A DNA stretch of 64,000 nt from Phormidium sp. (GTDB lineage Bacteria; Cyanobacteriota; Cyanobacteriia; Cyanobacteriales; Aerosakkonemataceae), in the NCBI GenBank assembly GCA_051013385.1, contig CP143273.1:1536001-1600000 (forward strand). Reading direction: 5' to 3'. The notes below the pieces were generated by a model. It saw only the letters and a list, made by a program, of their open reading frames with translations. It was not told the origin of the DNA and did no database searches. Positions 29,802-39,579 of this stretch are shown one piece after another. The position numbers and the translations under genes were made by a program. Within the stretch, counting starts at the first letter, position 1, and the number at the start of each line of letters is the position of its first letter.

Positions 29802-32114
29802 TCAATCCCATTCTCTCTCTTCAAGTTCCTTCTGCGGCAGCAATAAAGTGGCTTCAATTTCTTGGCGAATCGTCGCCGTCACTTCACAATTACTACGCAG
29901 ACAATCGAGTAGGAGTTGATTGGCATCGTAGTAGCGTTGCAGGACTTGTTGTTGCTCAGGGCTAAATTGCCAGGAATGGTTAGTATTTCGATAGTTGACG
30001 ATCGTCTGCCTTAACTGTTCCACCCAGATAGGATACTGTGTTCGCCACCAGTCCTGAAACCTTTCCCGGCTTTGAGAAGAAGGTGGGAGTTCCCCCCGGA
30101 GTTGTTCTAAGGACTTGTAGAATCCGGCATCGAGAACCATCGCTAGAATGTTGGTGAGAGCCTCACTACAAGCATTTGTATGAGCAAACTCTGGACTGCG
30201 CTCGATCGCAAACTCCCGCAGCAAGCTATCCAACGCCGCATCTAAAAGCATTCCCTGGTCGAGACTGTTGGCTAAAGTAAACTGAGCAGCTGTGCGAGGT
30301 GACTGGGCAAGGGCAAGGTAAAAAGCTCTTGTTGTGGCAACTTTTGGTTCGGTTGGAATCGTCCGAGATTTTTGGCTTGCCCAGAGCAAAAACTCTTGTA
30401 AATAAGAGTCTTGAGCGACTAAAGCATCAATTTGTTGCTTCATTAACTGCACCAGAGAATCTGCACTTCGCAGCATGGCAACCGTCAACAGAAATACTTC
30501 CCGCCAGTGAGGATCTGTAATGTGGCTCACCAATCCGCCCAAAGCTTGCTCTAATCCCTGGAGATTATGACTGGCAACGATTTGGCGTGCGGTGAAGTAT
30601 TCCTGAAACACTAAATAGGAGAAGGAAAATATTCCCCTTGCTCGTTCGGTGAGTAGCCCATGTTGAGTTTCGATCGCTTTGAGAACTTCTTCACTTTTAA
30701 CTTGTAGTTCCTCTGGTTCTAAGTTCATGTCGGGCAGATTTCGCAGATAATCGCCAATATATTGCTCAACAATGCGTTGCTCGAAAAAGTACTGCCCTCG
30801 CTCAAAGGTGACTGCGGCAAGTTGACTCAACAACCTGAGCTTTTGCGGGACTAAAAAATTTCGGTAAACAGTATCGCGTTCAACGCCTCTGGCTTCGTCC
30901 CATTTGCCCAGAAGCAAATCCAACCCTTGTTTATAAAAGTCAGTCCGCTTGGTGGGAAATTTATCTTGACCGTGAAACACCCAACAGGCAAGATGCAGAA
31001 ACAGAGGCGTGACAATCAGTTGGCGAAACTGCCGATTTTCCGGTAAGTCTAACTTTTCGATAAACTGAACGGACTGTGCTTGCCCAGATTCACTGTTGGT
31101 TTTAGTGAATGCCACGAACCATTTTTGCGCGAAAGCGACGATTTGAGCTTGGGTAAATGGCGCAATTTCCACATCGGTAAAGCCTCGTAGTTGAAGCTTT
31201 CGCGCTGCGGTGCGACAAGTGGCGACAACCCGATTTTTGTGATATTTGTCCGAAAAGTTGCGAATTTCTCTTAAAACTGCGGTGCTGTCCCGCTTGAGTA
31301 CTTCATCCATCCCATCCAGCAACAGCAGGACTCTGCCAGCTTGCAGCAAGGTTTCAATCGCAGAGGGGTTGAAAATTCCAGAGGTGTTAAAAGCGTCACG
31401 AATGTAATTTAACAGCGTCAAGTTGCCGCTATTCCTAGACTCTTGGGCAAAATCTCTCAGCGAGATAAAGATCGGCACTTGATTGGCGGCAAACTCGCCT
31501 CGGTTACAGGCAATGGCTAGATGTTGCAAAAAGGTGGTTTTGCCAACTCCGGCTTTACCCAGCACTCTGAGTTTGGAGTAGGTTTCCACTGCCTGCATCC
31601 CTGGTATTTGTTTTTCGGCAATCTCTCCTAAACCAAAGCGATCGAATTCTGCACGCCCCAAATTTCGTAGGTTGTTGATATCCAGCGACTTTTGGCTGAC
31701 AATTTCTTCCAAAAGATTGACATCTATATATATGTCGTCAATGTTGACTGGACGACTAATGTCTAATAGTTGCAAGATGCCGCACTGGTGTTGAATTTTG
31801 TTTTGGTATTGCTGGCGCACCTGTTGCACTAAGGCATCAATATCCTGAATCGGAGTTTTAGCAAGCTCTCCAGGATCAGAGAATTCGGCTGGCGGATCGA
31901 TCGCAATCTCCCGCCAATCTAAGTCTAATATGGAACAAATGTCCTGAAAAACTTGCCGATCAACAGGTTGTCCGGTGAAAAATCGCCAAATTGGTTGTCT
32001 AGTCCTTAAGTTTACTTCCGCTGCTAGGTTTTCTTGCGTCCACCCTTTAAGGGCGAAAGCTCGTTTCGCCTCCTGAATTCCGGTGGGTGATGCTTGAAGC
32101 GATCTTTTTGCCAC
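29802..32114 (-). CDS. HTH-NACHT NTPase with a C-terminal helical (NCH2-like) domain
   Basis: N-terminal XRE-like GWTQENLAAEV, Walker A GKAGVGKT, Walker B LLLLDGMDE, TPLFL, FSFSYLVFQEYFTA, and C-terminal WQFS.EQ..LQRYYDAN.LLLDCL. Confidence 0.9.
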   Translation of the reverse strand: MAKRSLQASPTGIQEAKRAFALKGWTQENLAAEVNLRTRQPIWRFFTGQPVDRQVFQDICSILDLDWREIAIDPPAEFSDPGELAKTPIQDIDALVQQVRQQYQNKIQHQCGILQLLDISRPVNIDDIYIDVNLLEEIVSQKSLDINNLRNLGRAEFDRFGLGEIAEKQIPGMQAVETYSKLRVLGKAGVGKTTFLQHLAIACNRGEFAANQVPIFISLRDFAQESRNSGNLTLLNYIRDAFNTSGIFNPSAIETLLQAGRVLLLLDGMDEVLKRDSTAVLREIRNFSDKYHKNRVVATCRTAARKLQLRGFTDVEIAPFTQAQIVAFAQKWFVAFTKTNSESGQAQSVQFIEKLDLPENRQFRQLIVTPLFLHLACWVFHGQDKFPTKRTDFYKQGLDLLLGKWDEARGVERDTVYRNFLVPQKLRLLSQLAAVTFERGQYFFEQRIVEQYIGDYLRNLPDMNLEPEELQVKSEEVLKAIETQHGLLTERARGIFSFSYLVFQEYFTARQIVASHNLQGLEQALGGLVSHITDPHWREVFLLTVAMLRSADSLVQLMKQQIDALVAQDSYLQEFLLWASQKSRTIPTEPKVATTRAFYLALAQSPRTAAQFTLANSLDQGMLLDAALDSLLREFAIERSPEFAHTNACSEALTNILAMVLDAGFYKSLEQLRGELPPSSQSRERFQDWWRTQYPIWVEQLRQTIVNYRNTNHSWQFSPEQQQVLQRYYDANQLLLDCLRSNCEVTATIRQEIEATLLLPQKELEEREWD

Positions 32115-32224
32115 GAGACAAACCTCCTTTAAGGGTAATAAAATAGAAAACCCTCGCTTCTTTTGGAAAAATATTCAATTACATCAATTTAAAAATTTTT
32201 AGGAAGCTAGTTAAAATAAAGATT

Positions 32225-35152
32225 ATGTCTAAATCTAACCCTACTGAACCAGAAAATCTCCCTTTGATCGTCTTAGTTGATGGTCACTCTTTAGCCTTTC
32301 GTTCTTTCTATGCTTTTGCTAAAGGAAGAGATGGTGGTTTAAAAACCAAAACTGGGATTCCGACTAGTGCTTGTTTTGGTTTCCTCAAGTCACTTTTAGC
32401 GGTGATTGAGTCGCAGAAACCGCAAAGTATGGCGATCGCTTTTGACTTAGGTTTGCCAACTTTCCGCCATGAGGCAGATGACACTTACAAAGCCGATCGT
32501 CAAGAAACACCAGAAGATTTTATCACTGATTTAAAAAATCTCCACGATTTATTAGATGCTTTTAATATACCAATTCTCACCGCGCCAGGATTTGAAGCAG
32601 ATGATGTTTTAGGAACTTTAGCAGAAAAGGCGAGTGCGGCTGGGTATCGTGTAAAAATTTTGACAGGCGATCGAGATTTATTCCAATTAGTTGACCCCAA
32701 AAAAGGCATTAGCGTTCTCTATTTAGGCAACAATTTCTTACAGCGAGGTAGCAATACTGGACTAACAGAATTTGACCCCGAAGCAGTCAAAGAAAAAATG
32801 GGAGTTCTCCCAGAACAAGTAGTAGATTATAAAGCTTTATGCGGTGATGCTTCTGATAATATCCCCGGTGTCAAAGGTATCGGTGATAAAACCGCAGTCA
32901 AATTGCTTTCTGAGTATGGTTCTTTAGAGAATGTTTACGCTAATTTAGAGCAAATCAAAGGTGCAAATAAAACTAAATTAGAAACTGGTAAAGATGCCGC
33001 TTATCACTCCCAGCATTTAGCTAAAATAGTGGTAGATGTTCCCTTAGAAATTAAATTAGAAGATTGTCAACTAGCAGGTTTTGACGCTTCAGTTTTAGAA
33101 CCGCTGTTAGAAAAATTAGAGTTTAAATCTTACTTAGGAAAAGTCAAACAGCTACAGCAAGCATTTGGCGGTGTAGTTGCGGAAGAAAAACCAGAATTTA
33201 TTACAGAAACCTTACCAATTAATGAGGTAGCACTTCCCGACGAATCAGCAGAATTAGACTTTTTCACTTATGAAGAAACCCAAGCTGCACAAAAACAATC
33301 AGCTTCACCAATTACGATTCAAATTATTGATAGTCTAGCAAAATTAACTGCATTAGTAAAACAGTTAAAAAGCTGTACCAAAGTCACAGTTGCTTGGGAT
33401 ACAGAAACTAGCGATTTAGATCCGTTGTGTGCGGAATTGGTAGGAATTGGTTGTTGTTGGGGAACTAATTCTGAGGAAGCTGCTTATATTCCCATCAATC
33501 ACGCATCTGGTGAAAATTTAGAGAAAAGCAAGGTTTTAGAAGCTTTACGTCCGATTTTAGAAAGTGATAAATATCCGAAAGTTTTTCAGAATGCGAAGTT
33601 CGATCGCTTAATCTTCCGTTCTCAAGGAATTAACCTCACTGGCGTTGTCTTCGATCCAATGTTAGCCAGCTATGTTTTGAACCCGGAAAATAACCATAGC
33701 CTCAACGAATTAACCCAAAGATATTTAGGATTAACCATCAAAAGTTATGAAAGTGTAGTTCCCAAAGGTAAAACAATTGGTGATGTAGATATTCCCGTAA
33801 TTGCTAATTATTGCGGAATGCAAGTTTACGCCACATTTCAGTTAGTTGGAAAACTGGAAGAAGAACTAAAACCTGTCCCCAAACTTGAATCTTTGCTGCG
33901 AGAAATAGAATTACCTTTAGAACCTGTTTTAGCAGGAATGGAAGAAATCGGCATTCGAGTTGATGCAGCTTATTTAAAAGAATTATCGCAAAAATTGGAA
34001 CAGGATTTAAAAGCAATTGAACAAAACGCTTATGAAGCTGCGGGAGAAAAGTTTAATTTAGGTTCACCAAAACAGCTAAGTCAGTTGTTGTTTGAAAAAT
34101 TGAACTTAGATAAAAAGAAATCGCGGAAAATAGCTTCTGGTTATTCCACAGATGCAGCAACCTTGGAAAAATTGCAAGGAGATCACCCCGTTGTTGATGC
34201 AATTTTAGAATCTCGCACTTTATCTAAACTCAAATCTACTTATGTAGATGCTTTACCTCAATTGATGGACAAAAATCAGCGATTGCATACTGATTTTAAC
34301 CAAACTGCAACGACAACAGGGAGGCTTTCTTCTTCTAATCCTAACTTACAAAATATTCCCATTCGTACCGAGTTTAGCAGAAAAATTCGTCAGGCATTTT
34401 TACCGGAACCAGGATGGTTATTAGTATCAGCTGATTACTCACAAATCGAGTTAAGAATTCTGGCGCATTTAAGCCAAGAACCTGTGTTAGTGGAAGCTTA
34501 CAAAAATAATCAAGATATTCACACTGTTACAGCCAAAATTGTCTTTGAAAAAGAAGATATTACCCCAGATGAACGCCGCATCGCCAAAACAATTAACTTT
34601 GGGGTAATTTATGGCATGGGTGCAATGAGATTTTCCCGTTCTACTGGAATTAAAAAGACAATTGCTAGTGATTTTATCGAAAAATTCAATACCCGTTATG
34701 CCAAAGTGTTTGAATATTTGGAAAGAATGAAACGGGAAGCGATCGCAAACGGTTATGTAGAAACAATTAAAGGTCGTCGGCGTTATTTCAACTTTGAAGC
34801 TGGTAGTTTACGCGCTTTTAAAGGTAGTAACCCTGATGAAGTTGATTTGGCAAAATTGAAGAACATGGGACAAAATGACGCACAACTTTTGCGTGCAGCT
34901 GCTAATGCGCCAATTCAAGGTTCTAGTGCTGATATTATTAAAATTGCAATGGTGAAATTGCATGAAGTTTTACGCAATTATCAGGCGCGGTTGTTGTTAC
35001 AAGTGCATGATGAATTAGTCTTGGAAGTTCCTCATTCTGAGTGGGAAGAATTGCAACCAAAAATTAAGGAAACAATGGAAAATGCACTACCTTTAAGTGT
35101 TCCTTTGGTGGTTGATGTTCATGTGGGAGAAAATTGGATGGAGGCGAAGTAA
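32225..35152 (+). CDS. polA: DNA polymerase I
   Basis: 5'-3' exonuclease VDGHSLAFRS and EADD, 3'-5' exonuclease DTET, polymerase TGRLSS, ADYSQIELR, KTINFG and LQVHDEL. No intein. Confidence 0.98.
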   Translation: MSKSNPTEPENLPLIVLVDGHSLAFRSFYAFAKGRDGGLKTKTGIPTSACFGFLKSLLAVIESQKPQSMAIAFDLGLPTFRHEADDTYKADRQETPEDFITDLKNLHDLLDAFNIPILTAPGFEADDVLGTLAEKASAAGYRVKILTGDRDLFQLVDPKKGISVLYLGNNFLQRGSNTGLTEFDPEAVKEKMGVLPEQVVDYKALCGDASDNIPGVKGIGDKTAVKLLSEYGSLENVYANLEQIKGANKTKLETGKDAAYHSQHLAKIVVDVPLEIKLEDCQLAGFDASVLEPLLEKLEFKSYLGKVKQLQQAFGGVVAEEKPEFITETLPINEVALPDESAELDFFTYEETQAAQKQSASPITIQIIDSLAKLTALVKQLKSCTKVTVAWDTETSDLDPLCAELVGIGCCWGTNSEEAAYIPINHASGENLEKSKVLEALRPILESDKYPKVFQNAKFDRLIFRSQGINLTGVVFDPMLASYVLNPENNHSLNELTQRYLGLTIKSYESVVPKGKTIGDVDIPVIANYCGMQVYATFQLVGKLEEELKPVPKLESLLREIELPLEPVLAGMEEIGIRVDAAYLKELSQKLEQDLKAIEQNAYEAAGEKFNLGSPKQLSQLLFEKLNLDKKKSRKIASGYSTDAATLEKLQGDHPVVDAILESRTLSKLKSTYVDALPQLMDKNQRLHTDFNQTATTTGRLSSSNPNLQNIPIRTEFSRKIRQAFLPEPGWLLVSADYSQIELRILAHLSQEPVLVEAYKNNQDIHTVTAKIVFEKEDITPDERRIAKTINFGVIYGMGAMRFSRSTGIKKTIASDFIEKFNTRYAKVFEYLERMKREAIANGYVETIKGRRRYFNFEAGSLRAFKGSNPDEVDLAKLKNMGQNDAQLLRAAANAPIQGSSADIIKIAMVKLHEVLRNYQARLLLQVHDELVLEVPHSEWEELQPKIKETMENALPLSVPLVVDVHVGENWMEAK

Positions 35153-35457
35153 TGAATACATTGGGAAAACTAGAACTTCTCAAAGATGCTTATTCTGATC
35201 AAGCCGAACTAGATCAAATTTTGGGTAAGTTGTTAGAGGTTGCACTTAGTCAGTATCGACTACGCTTAGAAAAGTACAATCAAGATTTACGTGAATTTGA
35301 GCAACGTTACGATATGGAATCTAGTGTTTTTTATCAACGTTTTGAAGCTGGCGAATTAGGAGACGATGTTGATTTTTTTGAATGGTCTAGTTTGTATGAA
35401 CTTCGCCAAGACATTTTAGAAAAAATTTATCGCTTGGAGTCGTCAACAACTAACTAA
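35152..35457 (+). CDS. Small acidic protein resembling TumA-like antitoxins
   Basis: LREFEQRYDMESSVFYQRFEAGELGDDVDFFEW motif. The ATG overlaps the polA stop (TAATG). Confidence 0.6.
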   Translation: MNTLGKLELLKDAYSDQAELDQILGKLLEVALSQYRLRLEKYNQDLREFEQRYDMESSVFYQRFEAGELGDDVDFFEWSSLYELRQDILEKIYRLESSTTN

Positions 35458-35471
35458 AAATGCAATAAAAT

Positions 35472-36077
35472 ATGCCTTTATCCAATGTCCGAATTTGCTT
35501 TGTTGGGGACTCGTTCGTTAATGGAACTGGTGATTCTGAATGTCTGGGTTGGACGGGAAGAATTTGCAGTGCTGCGATCGCACAAGGTCATGATATTACT
35601 TACTATAATTTGGGAATTAGAAGGGAAACTAGTGCTGATATTGCGGGACGTTGGTTTGAGGAGGTTTCGCGGAGGTTGCCGGAAGAGTGCGATCGCAGAA
35701 TCGTCTTCTCTTTTGGTGTAAATGATACCACAATTGAAAATGGCAAACCCCGCGTTGAATTGAGTAAAACTAAAGAAAATACTCAGCAAATATTGTCCTT
35801 TGCCAAAAGCTCATTTTCTGTATTAATGGTAAGTCCGCCTCCCATTGCAGAAGTAGAACAAAACAGCAGAGTTGAAATTTTATCTCAAGAATTAGCGATT
35901 ATTTGTGAACAGCTAAATGTGCCTTATTTAGATGTTTTTACACTATTGCAAAAATCAGAAGTTTGGCTAAAAGAAGTAGCAGAGAATGATAGTTACCACC
36001 CCAAAGCAGCAGGTTATTTAGAGTTTGCTAATTTGGTGCAAAACTGGGACGCTTGGCAAACTTGGTTTAATAGTTGA
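35472..36077 (+). CDS. GDSL/SGNH-type esterase
   Basis: FVGDSF, NLGIR, FGVND, DSYHP. Confidence 0.88.
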   Translation: MPLSNVRICFVGDSFVNGTGDSECLGWTGRICSAAIAQGHDITYYNLGIRRETSADIAGRWFEEVSRRLPEECDRRIVFSFGVNDTTIENGKPRVELSKTKENTQQILSFAKSSFSVLMVSPPPIAEVEQNSRVEILSQELAIICEQLNVPYLDVFTLLQKSEVWLKEVAENDSYHPKAAGYLEFANLVQNWDAWQTWFNS

Positions 36078-36090
36078 ACTAAATCAATAA

Positions 36091-36156
36091 GTACGTTGTT
36101 GCGCTTTAGCGCTATTATTTCAGTAGTAATAATAGCGCTAAAGCGCAACAACGTAC
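36091..36156. repeat. REP-like inverted pair, GTACGTTGTTG family
   Basis: GTACGTTGTTGCGCTTTAGCGCTATTATT...AATAATAGCGCTAAAGCGCAACAACGTAC between convergent genes. Confidence 0.85.
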
Positions 36157-37050
36157 CTAAATTTTTCCTCGTAACTGTGCTAACTCTTCTCTTAAACTCA
36201 AAGGTTGATATCCCAACGCAAAAGCTTTGTCACTATTTAACGAAACATCTTTAGGTCTAGGTGCTGCCATTGGCACATCTTTTTGTAAACAAGCTGTTAG
36301 TTTATCTTGGGGAAGTTCCAATATTTCTGCCATTAATCGACCAAATTCATAACGGGATATGCGTTCTTTTCCGCCTAAATGAATTACGCCGTTAACTTTT
36401 TCTAAAGCTAATAAAAGTCCGCTAGCAGCAGTTTTTCCACTTACGGGTGTTCTAAATTCATCGGTGAATAAACTTAACTCTTTTCCTTCTCTGAGCATCT
36501 TGATAAATGGTTGAATAAAACTATTTGCTTGTGGTGACGGAATGCCGAACATTAATGGCATTCGACAAATGGCTGTTTGGGGATATCTGGCTAACATTTC
36601 TTGTTCAGCTAATACTTTTTGTTCGCCGTAAATGTTAACTGGAGAAACTTGATCTGTTTCTTGGTAAGGCGGATTTAAACCATTAAAAACTAAGTCGGTG
36701 GAAGTGAAGGCGCAAGGGATAGAATAATCAGAGCATAAACCAGCAATATTACTGGAAGCTGTAACATTAATTATTGCGGATTCTTCCGGGTGAGTTTGGC
36801 AAAAGTTAGGATTAGATTGCGCTGCGGTATGGATAACTGCTGTAGGATTAATTTGCTGAAATAAATTTTTGAGTTGCTCAAAATCTCGTAAATCAACTTT
36901 AATTAAATTTACATTGGAGATACCTACAAGTTTGCTAAAGTAAGTGCCGTAAACTTCCCATTCTTGTTGAGCAAGTTGGCAAAGGTTCCATCCTAAAAAA
37001 CCACTAGCGCCAGTAACTAAAAGTTTTTTCATTCTACCACCTAAATTCAC
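36157..37050 (-). CDS. RmlD-like NAD(P)-dependent oxidoreductase (extended SDR)
   Basis: LLVTGASGFLG, STDLVF, YGEQK, LFTDEFRTP. Confidence 0.88.
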   Translation of the reverse strand: MNLGGRMKKLLVTGASGFLGWNLCQLAQQEWEVYGTYFSKLVGISNVNLIKVDLRDFEQLKNLFQQINPTAVIHTAAQSNPNFCQTHPEESAIINVTASSNIAGLCSDYSIPCAFTSTDLVFNGLNPPYQETDQVSPVNIYGEQKVLAEQEMLARYPQTAICRMPLMFGIPSPQANSFIQPFIKMLREGKELSLFTDEFRTPVSGKTAASGLLLALEKVNGVIHLGGKERISRYEFGRLMAEILELPQDKLTACLQKDVPMAAPRPKDVSLNSDKAFALGYQPLSLREELAQLRGKI

Positions 37051-37062
37051 AAGCTTCTATGC

Positions 37063-37198
37063 GTAGGGTGCGAAGCGTGATAACGTAACGCACCTTTAAT
37101 TTCACTATCCGTAGCAACTTTCATTTCACCATATTTAGCTCAGAAATGGTGCGTTACGCTGCGCTTTTCTTAAATGCCGCAGGCTATACGCACCCTAC
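37063..37198. repeat. GTAGGGTGCG-family REP-like pair
   Basis: GTAGGGTGCG...CGCACCCTAC. The right arm is nearly the reverse complement of 61533-61585. Confidence 0.7.
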
Positions 37199-37260
37199 AG
37201 ATTGAGTCACAATAGAAATATCTGGGTAAGTAGTGTTATTTTTGTGGTAAATATAAATAC

Positions 37261-37806
37261 ATGATTCACTTTCGCAAATTGATTCCGATCGCATTAGTTC
37301 TAAGTTTAGCCGGATGTGAACTCTTTGCGGGTCAAAATACTTATATGGTGCAGCGGGTGAGTGATGGAGATACGATCGCTGTTAGTCAAGGCGATAAAAC
37401 TAATGTTACTGTCCGCTTTGCCTGTATTGATGCGCCGGAAGTTCCTCATTCAAATAGGGAAAGGAATAGCCAAAATTTGGTGGACAAAAACCAATTTAAT
37501 TGGGGAATTAAAGCACAAGCAAGAGTGCAGCTGTTGGTTAATCAAGGAGGCGATCGCGTCGTCTTGAATATCACTGATACTGATAAGTATGGTCGGCAAG
37601 TTGCAGAAGTTCGTTTACCTAATGGTACCTTCATTCAAGAAACTTTAATTCGGGAAGGTTTAGCGTTAGTCAATCGTCCTTATTTGAGATATTGTCCTAG
37701 TAGAGAAATGATTGAACAAGCAGAAGCAGATGCTAAAAGAAATTTACGTGGGGTTTGGAAAGACCCCCAATTCGTCGCGCCTTGGGATTATCGACGCATT
37801 AAATAA
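37261..37806 (+). CDS. Thermonuclease (SNase) family lipoprotein
   Basis: LSLAGC lipobox, DGDTI, VRFACIDAPE, DKYGR, AEADAKRNLRGVW. Confidence 0.9.
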   Translation: MIHFRKLIPIALVLSLAGCELFAGQNTYMVQRVSDGDTIAVSQGDKTNVTVRFACIDAPEVPHSNRERNSQNLVDKNQFNWGIKAQARVQLLVNQGGDRVVLNITDTDKYGRQVAEVRLPNGTFIQETLIREGLALVNRPYLRYCPSREMIEQAEADAKRNLRGVWKDPQFVAPWDYRRIK

Positions 37807-37839
37807 TAACTCAATTTGCTCCTTATATATATTGTCTTT

Positions 37840-37965
37840 TAGATCCCTCTTAGATCCCCCCTAACCCCCCTTACCAAGGGGGGAACTAGATTCAAAGTCC
37901 CCCTTGGTAAGGGGAGTCAACTAGGATGTTAAGTCCCCCTTGGTAAGGGGGATTTAGGGGGATCT
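37840..37965. repeat. CCCCCTT/AAGGGGG-type dispersed repeat
   Basis: AGATCCCCCCTAACCCCCCTTACCAAGGGGGG...CCCCCTTGGTAAGGGGGATTTAGGGGGATCT. Confidence 0.75.
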
Positions 37966-38008
37966 GAAACGCCAACAAGTTATAACTAGTAACTTACGTT
38001 AATCAAGT

Positions 38009-38863
38009 ATGAAAAAGTCTCTAAATTATCAGTTGGAAACAAGACCGGGTTGGTCTTTAGAACGGCGAGAAGAAGAATTTATTCAATCTTTGATGCCTAT
38101 TTGGGGATGGCTTTATCATGAATATTTTCGGGTAAAAACTAGCGGTTGGTCACAAATTCCTCCGGGAAAAGTGCTGTTTGTTGGTTCTCATAATGGAGGA
38201 TTAGCCGCACCAGATATGTTTATGATGATGTACGATTGGTTTCAGAAATTTGGTTTTTCTCGTCCGGTTTATGGTTTAATGCACCCTCATGTTTGGAAAT
38301 ATGCTTTGCCACTAGCGCAGTTAGCGGAAAAAGCCGGAGCAGTTATGGCTCATCCAAAAATGGCGATCGCAGCTTTTCGCCAAAATGCCAGCGTATTAGT
38401 TTATCCGGGTGGCGCAGAAGATGTTTTTCGTCCCTATAATTTACGCCATAAAATTTATTTTGCCGGACGCAAAGGATTTATTAAATTAGCATTACGAGAA
38501 GAAGTACCAATTGTTCCGGTAATTTCTCATGGTGCTCACGAAAATTTTATCGTTTTGGCTGACATTTACAAACAAATGCAGCAGTTACATGAGTGGGGAA
38601 TGCCTTGGTTATTTGATATCGATCCGGTAGTTTTTCCGATTTATTTAGGCTTACCTTGGGGAATCGGAATTGGCCCTTTGCCGCACATTCCTTTACCAAT
38701 ACAAATTGAAACTCGTGTTGGTGCGCCAATTATTTTTGAACGTTACGGTAGGGAAGCAGCGAGCGATCGCCAATACGTTGATTATTGTTATCAAAAAGTT
38801 TGCTTTTTCATGCAACAAGAATTAGATAATTTAGTGAAAAAAAATCAGCTTTCTAATAATTAA
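38009..38863 (+). CDS. Lysophospholipid/PlsC-type acyltransferase
   Basis: VGSHNGG...PD, LVYPGG, RKGFIKLAL...PIVPV. Confidence 0.88.
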   Translation: MKKSLNYQLETRPGWSLERREEEFIQSLMPIWGWLYHEYFRVKTSGWSQIPPGKVLFVGSHNGGLAAPDMFMMMYDWFQKFGFSRPVYGLMHPHVWKYALPLAQLAEKAGAVMAHPKMAIAAFRQNASVLVYPGGAEDVFRPYNLRHKIYFAGRKGFIKLALREEVPIVPVISHGAHENFIVLADIYKQMQQLHEWGMPWLFDIDPVVFPIYLGLPWGIGIGPLPHIPLPIQIETRVGAPIIFERYGREAASDRQYVDYCYQKVCFFMQQELDNLVKKNQLSNN

Positions 38864-38899
38864 AGTTGGGATGAGAAGTTTATTAATTAAAATTCTTAA

Positions 38900-38940
38900 G
38901 TACGTTGTTGCGCTTTAGCGAAGACAGCGCAACAACGTAG
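38900..38940. repeat. Short REP-like hairpin, GTACGTTGTTG family
   Basis: GTACGTTGTTGCGCTTTAGCGAAGACAGCGCAACAACGTA, with the same core as 50018-50060. Confidence 0.8.
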
Positions 38941-38988
38941 CTAAACGGGAGGTACAAGATCTGAGTTAACTGAAAACTATTTACCTAA

Positions 38989-39312
38989 TCACCAATCTGT
39001 CGAGCCTTTTTCCATCCAATCATCTGCACCGACTGTAGTTTGTTGCTGGCGATTTTCTGTTCGCTCATTGTCTGCGGGAAAATCTTCGGATGCTGAACTA
39101 GGGGAAGTGAACAGGGGGAGAGCGACGATCGCACCGACGATCGCACCCGCAGCGGCACTAAACGCCAGTACCACGCCAACAGGTAGGCGTATTGACTCGT
39201 AAGCTAAAAACTTTAGGGTGACTGGAGTGGCGTTTTGGACGGAGAGAATGGCGATCGTCATCATCCAGACTGCAAGTATTACAGAAATAATTAACGTGGC
39301 TAGAGATTTCAT
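38989..39312 (-). CDS. LapA/DUF1049-like small membrane protein
   Basis: Two transmembrane segments around ILSVQNATPVTLKFL...LPVGVVLAF. Confidence 0.75.
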   Translation of the reverse strand: MKSLATLIISVILAVWMMTIAILSVQNATPVTLKFLAYESIRLPVGVVLAFSAAAGAIVGAIVALPLFTSPSSASEDFPADNERTENRQQQTTVGADDWMEKGSTDW

Positions 39313-39579
39313 TAAATTACTGTAATTTCCTTAAAGTTAATTTTCGTAAAGAAAATGTTTTACTTTTACGTAAAAATACATCATACTTTTCATACTTTAG
39401 CATTTCTGAGTATAAAGATTCAGTAGAATCCGATCGCTCTCATCAGATTTTTTGCTGAACCTCTGTGCTCTAGAAAAAAGGGGTCTAACTTAGTCTAATA
39501 ACCTCTGGGTCAGAAAAAATTAGACATAAAAGCTCGTTAGCAGGTCTTTTTAAACCATTTTTACAAAATTAAACGAAAA

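Noticed and set aside
32225..35152. Intein or insertion in polA
   Set aside because: Length and motifs fit a normal cyanobacterial PolA, with no intein motifs.
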